Virus record (IMG/VR): IMGVR_UViG_3300025096_003363
Coordinates: 1 to 64,000 of that record
From: a virus
Strand: one strand, 5' to 3'
Length of the DNA stretch: 64,000 nucleotides
In this document: positions 57,754 to 64,000 of the stretch, piece by piece
Position numbering within the stretch: position 1 is the stretch's first letter
Layout of the letters: every line of letters begins with the position of its first letter
The notes under the pieces: generated by a model
Seen by the model: only the letters and a program-made list of their open reading frames with translations
Database searches by the model: none
What the model was told of the DNA's origin: nothing
Position numbers and translations under genes: made by a program

Positions 57754-58409
57754 GTAAAACATTTATATTTTCTGCTACAGCAGGTAAAAAAGAAGACTCA
57801 ATGCTTTACAATACGTGTAAAGATGAAAATATCGACATCTTTATAAAAGAGTATAATAAAGAGTCTATACAAAAAACCTACAACAAGGCGATTGATTTTT
57901 CAATTAGGGAAGGAGTTAAAAACTTAGTATTAGTTCATGACGATGTAATACTCGAAGCTTTTTCTGAAAGAAGAATTGAAAGAAATTTTAAAAATTTTGA
58001 TCTAATTGGTGTAGCTGGCTGCAATCAGGTCAAGCTCGAAAAGCCAGTTCTCTGGCATTTAATGGGCGGTGGCTTCGACTCCGGTAATTTAGTAGGCGCA
58101 GTTGCCCACGGTACTGAAAATCAAAAAAATATGGGAGGGTTTGGATTTTATCCAAATAGAGCTATTTTAGTAGACGGAGTTTTTCTCGTAATTAAAAGAA
58201 AAGTATTTAAAAAAATTAGATTTGATGAAACCTGTCCTTCTAAATGGCATTTTTATGATCTTGATTACTCTATGCAGTGTCATAAAGCCGGCTTTAAAGT
58301 TGGAGTCGGCGACTTTATTGTAACTCATAAATCCCCCGGTCTTACTTCTTTTACTGAAGAATTTCAGAAGGGCGAAGATTGGTTTTTAGATAAGTGGAAA
58401 ACCGAATAA
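57750..58409 (+). CDS. GT2-like glycosyltransferase
   Basis: YNKAI, VHDDV, IGVAG, VDGVFL and FDE..WHFYDLDYS motifs. Confidence 0.82.
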   Translation: MSKTFIFSATAGKKEDSMLYNTCKDENIDIFIKEYNKESIQKTYNKAIDFSIREGVKNLVLVHDDVILEAFSERRIERNFKNFDLIGVAGCNQVKLEKPVLWHLMGGGFDSGNLVGAVAHGTENQKNMGGFGFYPNRAILVDGVFLVIKRKVFKKIRFDETCPSKWHFYDLDYSMQCHKAGFKVGVGDFIVTHKSPGLTSFTEEFQKGEDWFLDKWKTE

Positions 58410-58427
58410 CATATAATACCATAAGGC

Positions 58428-59735
58428 GTGAGTAAGTTAGACTTAGACTATTTTGAAAATGTTCTTATATATAAGTCCCTTACAGATAGTGGGTATTTGG
58501 CTTCTATTGCTGATTTTGTAAAGCCTGAATATTTTAAAGATAAAGCGATCGCTAGTATCTTTAATATTATTAAAGACTTTACAGAAAAAAGAAATAAGCT
58601 TCCAACAACGACAGAGATTAAGTCTTACTTAGTATCAGATGAACAAAAGAACTCTTTTAAAGAGCTCGTTAAGACGTTTAGTGATATTGATAAGACTCTA
58701 GATAAAGAAGAACTATATGATAATACGGAACAGTTTCTTAAAGAGAAGGCCGTATATCATACAATGCTTAATGTAGCAGAAGATGTATCAAAAGGTAAAG
58801 TTGATACATCAGTCGTTTTAGATAAATTTGAAAAATCATGCAACATTAATTTAGTAACTGATTTAGGACTAGAACTGTATGGTGATGTTGATAAGCTTAT
58901 TGATGATCTTAACTGTGTTGAAAGATATGTTCCAAGTAAATGGGAGTGGTTAGACAATTGTCTCGGAGGCGGTTTTTTAGAAGCTGGAAAAGCTTTATAT
59001 GTGTTTGCTGGTGAGACAAATATTGGTAAGTCAATATTTTTGGGTAATATTGCCAGTAATATGGCTGAAGATGGTAAAAACGTTTTGTTAGTTACTTTAG
59101 AAATGTCTGAGCTGTTATATGCTAGACGAATTTGTAGTAACGTTACAAAAATTCCAATGAAGCAGTTAGCTGAAAATGCACCTAGTATTAAACAGGCTAT
59201 GAATGATCAAGGTGGTAAAATTTTTATTAAAGAGTTTCCACCTGCCACTATTACGGCTAATCAATTAAAAGCGTTTGTTAAGAAGTTTCAAGAACAAGGC
59301 ATTAAGCTAGATGCTATTGTATTAGATTACCTAAACTTGATGCACTCACCTGTAGGTAATAACTCTTATGAGCGCATTAAACATGTAACTGAACAGGTAC
59401 GTGCAATGAGCTATTTGTTTAACTGTCCTATTATTTCAGCCACACAGTTAAACCGAGCTGGGTTTGATACAGATAACCCTGATCTAGCAACAATTTCTGA
59501 ATCTATCGGGTTGGCGGCCACTGCTGATGCTATTATATCTATCTTTCAAAATGAAGAAGATAGAGGAATTGGAGTCATACGCTTAGGTATGATGAAAAAC
59601 CGGTATGGTCCGCGTGGTATTACACAAGCTATGAGAATCGATTATAATACGCTAACAATCGAACAAGCTGATGATATCGAAATAGATGAAGATATGGATA
59701 ATACTCTTAATGTATTAGCTGGGCTTGCATCATAA
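58428..59735 (+). CDS. gp41: Replicative DnaB-like helicase
   Basis: AGETNIGKS, TLEMSE, LDYLNL, SATQLNR, SESIGL and KNRYG motifs. Confidence 0.95.
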   Translation: MSKLDLDYFENVLIYKSLTDSGYLASIADFVKPEYFKDKAIASIFNIIKDFTEKRNKLPTTTEIKSYLVSDEQKNSFKELVKTFSDIDKTLDKEELYDNTEQFLKEKAVYHTMLNVAEDVSKGKVDTSVVLDKFEKSCNINLVTDLGLELYGDVDKLIDDLNCVERYVPSKWEWLDNCLGGGFLEAGKALYVFAGETNIGKSIFLGNIASNMAEDGKNVLLVTLEMSELLYARRICSNVTKIPMKQLAENAPSIKQAMNDQGGKIFIKEFPPATITANQLKAFVKKFQEQGIKLDAIVLDYLNLMHSPVGNNSYERIKHVTEQVRAMSYLFNCPIISATQLNRAGFDTDNPDLATISESIGLAATADAIISIFQNEEDRGIGVIRLGMMKNRYGPRGITQAMRIDYNTLTIEQADDIEIDEDMDNTLNVLAGLAS

Positions 59736-59759
59736 GGAACCTTTAGTAAATAATCAAAA

Positions 59760-60635
59760 GTGAATATCCAAATATGGACAGATACTGATTTACATGGAGC
59801 TGGTTCTGCTCTTGTTTTAAAGTGGTTATATAAAGATGCTAAAACATTTAGTATTAATGATGTTTCAGAATATACTTTTTCTGGTAGATTTAAGGGATCG
59901 CTACAAGCATTAGATCATTATGATAGAGTCTACATTGTTGATTTGGATTTATCACCAGAACAAATTCAATTAGCTGATAGAGATAATGTTGTTGTTATTG
60001 ATACACATAAAGGACATGTCAGCCATAAGCATTTATACAAAAAAGCTAAAACCATATTAGACAGCAGTCAGTATGCTTGTTTAGATCTAATTTTTAATAA
60101 ATTTAAAAGTCACCTAACACATTTAACTGACAAGCAACTACAATTAATCAAATACATCAGCAAGTACGATTGGTATAATACACAGCACAAAGAGTCCTTA
60201 AAATTAAACGCTATATATTACAATTTAAATTCTCCAAAAACAGAAAAGTTTATTTCGGCATTTTCAGACGGGTTTAGAGATTTTACAATTCATGAAAAAA
60301 ATGCTATTAAGCTGTATTTTAAAAAATTTAAAGATCAGATAGATAGTGGGCAGGTATTTACAGGGATGATAAAAAACTATAGTGTTGTAGCGACGTTCGC
60401 GAACTATGCTGTAAATGAGCTAACTCATTTTTTAATTAAAAAATATAATACTGATATTGGTATGGTTATTAATACTGGAGCTAAGACTGTATCATTTAGA
60501 CGATCTAGACAAAGTGATGTTGACTTAAGCATATTAGCTACAAAACTTTGTGATGGTGGCGGTCACGCAGCATCCGCCGGCGGTAAATTAACTGAACAAT
60601 TCGCGAATTTAACCAAAACATTTGTACCGTGTTAA
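59760..60635 (+). CDS. DHH/DHHA1 phosphoesterase-fold protein with degenerate motifs
   Basis: DTDLHG, IVDL, IDTH, VSFR and GGGHAASAG motifs. Confidence 0.75.
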   Translation: MNIQIWTDTDLHGAGSALVLKWLYKDAKTFSINDVSEYTFSGRFKGSLQALDHYDRVYIVDLDLSPEQIQLADRDNVVVIDTHKGHVSHKHLYKKAKTILDSSQYACLDLIFNKFKSHLTHLTDKQLQLIKYISKYDWYNTQHKESLKLNAIYYNLNSPKTEKFISAFSDGFRDFTIHEKNAIKLYFKKFKDQIDSGQVFTGMIKNYSVVATFANYAVNELTHFLIKKYNTDIGMVINTGAKTVSFRRSRQSDVDLSILATKLCDGGGHAASAGGKLTEQFANLTKTFVPC

Positions 60636-60928
60636 CAACCAGTAATATATCTCCAAACCCCTCAAAGACTTTAATACATGATGAAACAGAACATCTGTTA
60701 CTTTGCTTTTGTACGTTCTGCTCCCTACTAAAAGGTAAAAAACTTTCACTACAAAATATTTTTATATTAGTTTTACAGGAGGAGAGATTGAGAAATATAT
60801 TAAAGGACCTTCTAACAATCGAAACTAATTTTGATATAGTAAAGCTATTCATAGATTTTGAGCCGGCAATAACAAAGTCAAAATATATCACCAAGTTCCT
60901 TAATTCGAACTCTAAAATACAGTTATAA
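60629..60928 (+). CDS. Hypothetical protein
   Basis: 99-aa ORF between the DHH gene and gp32. Confidence 0.6.
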   Translation: MLTTSNISPNPSKTLIHDETEHLLLCFCTFCSLLKGKKLSLQNIFILVLQEERLRNILKDLLTIETNFDIVKLFIDFEPAITKSKYITKFLNSNSKIQL

Positions 60929-60935
60929 AAACCGG

Positions 60936-60963
60936 TTGAAGTTTTCCTTTTTGTGGTTATAAT
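60936..60963 (+). promoter_or_regulatory. Sigma70-type promoter of gp32
   Basis: TTGAAG-N16-TATAAT, 6 nt before the ATG. Confidence 0.7.
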
Positions 60964-60969
60964 TATGGC

Positions 60970-61800
60970 ATGAGTACTTTTAATACTTCAATGTTCCAAT
61001 CAATTAAAGACGCGTTAGCAAGCTCCGAAAGTAAGGGGTCCGCTACATTTAACGAAATTATGCCTACTAAAGTAGGTAATACGTATACGGTAAGACTTTT
61101 ACCTTATGCTAAAGATCCTAGTAAAACATTTTTCCATTATTATAACCATGGATGGAATTCTTTTGCTACCGGCCAGTATGTTCAGACATTAAGTCCGCAA
61201 ACATTTGGTGAGCGAGATCCTATTGCAGAAGAACGCTTTAAGGTCCTTAGAACTGGCAGTGAGGAAGAAAAAGAAAAGATGCTAGCAGTCCGCCGTCTCG
61301 AAAAGTGGCTGGTTAATATTTACGTTGTTGATGATCCTGCAAATCCGGATAATAACGGCAAAGTAAAAATTCTTCGATATGGTAAACAACTTCAAAAAAT
61401 TATTACTGAAGCTATTGAAGGTGAAGATGCAGAAGAGTTCGGACCTCGTATTTTTGATCTTGGTGATGGTGGTGTAAACTTTAAGATTAAGGTTGAACAG
61501 CAAGGTGATTATCCAACATATGTCTCTTCGAGATTTACAACTGCTGGTAAAATTAATCTTTCCGAAGATAAACAAAAAGATGTTTATGAAGGGTGTTTTG
61601 ATCTTGGTGAAGTGTTTACACAAAAGACATATGATGAACTTAAGGATATGTTAAGAGAGCATTATTATTGCAGGGCTGATGAGCCTGAGGCTCCAACATC
61701 AGCACCAGAACCGGATACTACTCCAGCCGAGCCGGAACCAGTCGCTGCTGGAAAAGATACGGTTGAAGAGGACATTGATGATTTGTTAAAAGATCTCTAA
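60970..61800 (+). CDS. gp32: Single-stranded DNA-binding protein
   Basis: VRLLP, NIYVVDDPANPDNNGKVKI..YGK, G.NFKIK and an acidic C-terminal tail. Confidence 0.92.
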   Translation: MSTFNTSMFQSIKDALASSESKGSATFNEIMPTKVGNTYTVRLLPYAKDPSKTFFHYYNHGWNSFATGQYVQTLSPQTFGERDPIAEERFKVLRTGSEEEKEKMLAVRRLEKWLVNIYVVDDPANPDNNGKVKILRYGKQLQKIITEAIEGEDAEEFGPRIFDLGDGGVNFKIKVEQQGDYPTYVSSRFTTAGKINLSEDKQKDVYEGCFDLGEVFTQKTYDELKDMLREHYYCRADEPEAPTSAPEPDTTPAEPEPVAAGKDTVEEDIDDLLKDL

Positions 61801-61804
61801 TAAA

Positions 61805-62296
61805 ATGAGCCAAGGAATCACTCCAGAAGAAAAGGCGGCAGTTATGCAGTTGATGGGGCAGACCTACGGCCAGGTAAACCAACAAGATCAAATGATTGTT
61901 GGTCAATCTGGTAATCTCCGCCCGGATGCCCATAAAATGAAACAGGCATTTGAACAAACTGCACATATGCCGACTGTCGATGCTAATCCACAGCATGCAC
62001 AACAACCACCGCCACCAGAGCGACCTCAGCAAGTTGCACCAGTAACTCCGGAGCAAGCTGCACAGGAGCTAGCTGAATCAGCTTCACCACCAACACCGGT
62101 CCCAGTACCAGTTTTTGATGATGAGGACCGTGTGCAAGAAGATAAAAATACTAACCAAATGGAGTTAGATTTATCCGAGCCTAAGTTTGCTGATAAGTTG
62201 CTTGATTTAATGAAAGAGCAAAATTTGATATTAAAAGAAATTAGCTTAAAATTAGATAATGGAAAAAAGACAACTAGAGGTCGCAAACAAGGGTGA
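61805..62296 (+). CDS. Hypothetical Pro/Gln-rich protein
   Basis: 163-aa ORF in the operon. Confidence 0.65.
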   Translation: MSQGITPEEKAAVMQLMGQTYGQVNQQDQMIVGQSGNLRPDAHKMKQAFEQTAHMPTVDANPQHAQQPPPPERPQQVAPVTPEQAAQELAESASPPTPVPVPVFDDEDRVQEDKNTNQMELDLSEPKFADKLLDLMKEQNLILKEISLKLDNGKKTTRGRKQG

Positions 62297-62984
62297 ATTT
62301 TTAAGATTATTAGACGCTATATCAAAAATAAATGACAGTGGCGTTATTCTTGATCTTAAAAAAGATAAAGTATCAAGCTTAGTTTCTAGTATAGATAGCA
62401 CCTTAATACTACATTCAGAGTATAAAACTAACTCAGAGTTTGAGAATACATTAAACATCCCGGATGTAAAAAAATTAAGGAATGTATTAGACACAATTGA
62501 AGATAAAAATATATCTTTAGAAATAAATTCTAACAATATTCAATATAACGGTAATGGTGTTAAATTTAAGTACCATCTCTTTGAAGAAGGCTTTATAACT
62601 AGACCAAATATTAATTTAGATAAAATTAATAAATTTACCTTTGATGTTGAATTTACTCTCGACAAGCCCACTTTGCAAAGATTGTTTAAAGGAAGTACCT
62701 TTGCGTCAGAAACAAATAAAATTTATTTTTATACTGAAAATAATAATTTAATGGCTGAGCTTACAGATAGGTCTCGTCATAATACTGATAACTTTACTTT
62801 AAATTTAGGAAAAGCTGACTTTAGTCTTAATCCAATTCCAGTGAATTTAGATAATATTAGATTACTCTCTATTATTAATAACGAATTTAATGTAAAAGTA
62901 AATACTGAGTATGGTGTTGTTGTATTTGATATTGAAGATAAAGATATTAAATTAAAGTATATAATTTCAGCTTTAACTCAATGA
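62259..62984 (+). CDS. gp45: Sliding clamp (gp45/PCNA-like)
   Basis: 241 aa with a two-domain clamp-like alpha/beta pattern, LNIPDVKKL and C-terminal LKYII. Confidence 0.72.
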   Translation: MEKRQLEVANKGEFLRLLDAISKINDSGVILDLKKDKVSSLVSSIDSTLILHSEYKTNSEFENTLNIPDVKKLRNVLDTIEDKNISLEINSNNIQYNGNGVKFKYHLFEEGFITRPNINLDKINKFTFDVEFTLDKPTLQRLFKGSTFASETNKIYFYTENNNLMAELTDRSRHNTDNFTLNLGKADFSLNPIPVNLDNIRLLSIINNEFNVKVNTEYGVVVFDIEDKDIKLKYIISALTQ

Positions 62985-63319
62985 CATCACAACATAAAAA
63001 GAACAAATTAAGAACCCCGGGATACTTTATAAAGAGATTAAAAGATAATAATTTTGTAACATTGCGAATGTTTCATAAGTATAGTCCAACTGATCCTCGG
63101 AGATGGACAGTGTTAGTCGATCCGGGTGGATCCTCTGTATTTGTTACATGCTTCGAGAATACGCCGTTTGTAGGGGAATATTTGTTTAGTTTTAATGACG
63201 GTAATCAAAATTTTAATAATAACTTTAGCTTAAAAACTGACTCGATCGAGGTTGTTGTTAGTAAACTGCTAAAAACCGGAGTGCGACAAAATGATAAGAG
63301 CGATTTTTTAGATAAATAA
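62981..63319 (+). CDS. Hypothetical protein
   Basis: 112-aa ORF coupled to the clamp gene. Confidence 0.65.
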   Translation: MTSQHKKNKLRTPGYFIKRLKDNNFVTLRMFHKYSPTDPRRWTVLVDPGGSSVFVTCFENTPFVGEYLFSFNDGNQNFNNNFSLKTDSIEVVVSKLLKTGVRQNDKSDFLDK

Positions 63320-63323
63320 TAAT

Positions 63324-63659
63324 ATGAGCGACGAAGTTAACCAAAACTCTGAAAATTTCGATAATGATGAAGAGTTAAGAGAAATGGTTGAAAAGGCTCT
63401 AAAGCAAAGTCTTGTTGAGAGGAAGACATTTAAAAGAAGACAAGACTTAGCGCTAAGATTGAGTAATATTATTAGTGAATATTTAGATTGTTATATTTTA
63501 TTGGGTTATGACTTTCAAGGAAGACATCTAGATATAAAATCGTCCAAAACACCACAACAAACTGAAGCGCTACATTCATTCCTATTAAAATATTTTGCCT
63601 CTGAAATGCATCATATAAAAGGGTTAGATCATGGCATGGGTCCAGATGAAATACTGTAA
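63324..63659 (+). CDS. Hypothetical protein
   Basis: 111-aa ORF; TAAATA 5 nt upstream. Confidence 0.65.
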   Translation: MSDEVNQNSENFDNDEELREMVEKALKQSLVERKTFKRRQDLALRLSNIISEYLDCYILLGYDFQGRHLDIKSSKTPQQTEALHSFLLKYFASEMHHIKGLDHGMGPDEIL

Positions 63660-63960
63660 AAGAGATATATATGCTGTTGAAACAGGCGACTACGTAGGGC
63701 AGATGTTTGCTATAGTCGACCTTAAAGATGATACTATCGGCTGTCTTTCGCTTCCACGAATGGAAAATATTGATGTTCCAAAAGAATCATTTGATACCGG
63801 AAGGAACGGTGATATAATTAAATTTGTAGAGAAGCTTCCAGAAGACGTTTTTTCGGTTGTAGAGGCACAATATATAAAGAATGAAAACTCTAATAATAGA
63901 CGGGAACAACTTAATACACCGAACGTTTTATACGGCGAAAGCACAGTCAAAAAAGACTGA
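63646..63960 (+). CDS. Hypothetical protein
   Basis: ORF with probable start at MKYCK. Confidence 0.55.
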   Translation: MKYCKRDIYAVETGDYVGQMFAIVDLKDDTIGCLSLPRMENIDVPKESFDTGRNGDIIKFVEKLPEDVFSVVEAQYIKNENSNNRREQLNTPNVLYGESTVKKD

Positions 63961-64000
63961 AGCACACACAGATTATCAAGTAAGCAACTTTCATATATAC
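63881..64000 (+). CDS. rnh: RNase H / 5'-3' exonuclease (T4 rnh-like), 3'-truncated
   Basis: Translated by hand: MKTLIIDGNNLIHRTFY..., the FEN/5'-exonuclease N-terminal motif. Confidence 0.8.
   Translation, partial: MKTLIIDGNNLIHRTFYTAKAQSKKTEAHTDYQVSNFHIY

Noticed and set aside
1-64000. tRNA, rRNA, integrase/transposase, reverse transcriptase/DGR, inteins, stop-codon reassignment, dpdA
   Set aside because: None recognisable by eye. Core genes are full length in the standard code. Small RNAs could have been missed without covariance-model searches.

Overview
A 64-kb segment of a large T4-like dsDNA myophage genome, AT-rich and densely coding, with no host genes, tRNA, rRNA or CRISPR visible. 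From left to right: (1) the end of a tail-fibre gene with five 93-bp tandem repeats and a lectin-like gene; (2) a rearranged head/neck module on the minus strand (gp15, gp20, gp13, gp4, gp21, gp22, gp23); (3) a DinG-like helicase and a GroES-like gene; (4) a ~17-kb glycan-synthesis island (gmd, fcl, epimerase, ~9-10 glycosyltransferase-like genes, methyl-, amino- and amidotransferases, radical SAM) with gp62 and a DUF366-like gene embedded; (5) a dispersed 7-deazaguanine pathway (folE, queD, queE, queC, a separate Gat) whose metal-binding motifs are non-canonical; (6) a late-promoter cluster of proteins with capsid-targeting-like N-termini (ligase-like, HxGH nucleotidyltransferase, PD-(D/E)xK nuclease, retropepsin-like protease, ParB-like); (7) the replication/recombination core (uvsY, uvsW, gp55, gp47, gp46, gp43, uvsX, gp41, gp32, gp45, start of rnh). 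The most striking observations are these. The ParB-like protein carries an ungapped 43-aa copy (25 identical) of the predicted mature N-terminal arm of the major capsid protein. There is a putative packaged enzyme payload. A ~170-nt multi-stem RNA lies after hsp20. Both promoter classes sit so close to start codons that most transcripts look leaderless. All family assignments come from motif recognition by eye; no database search was run.
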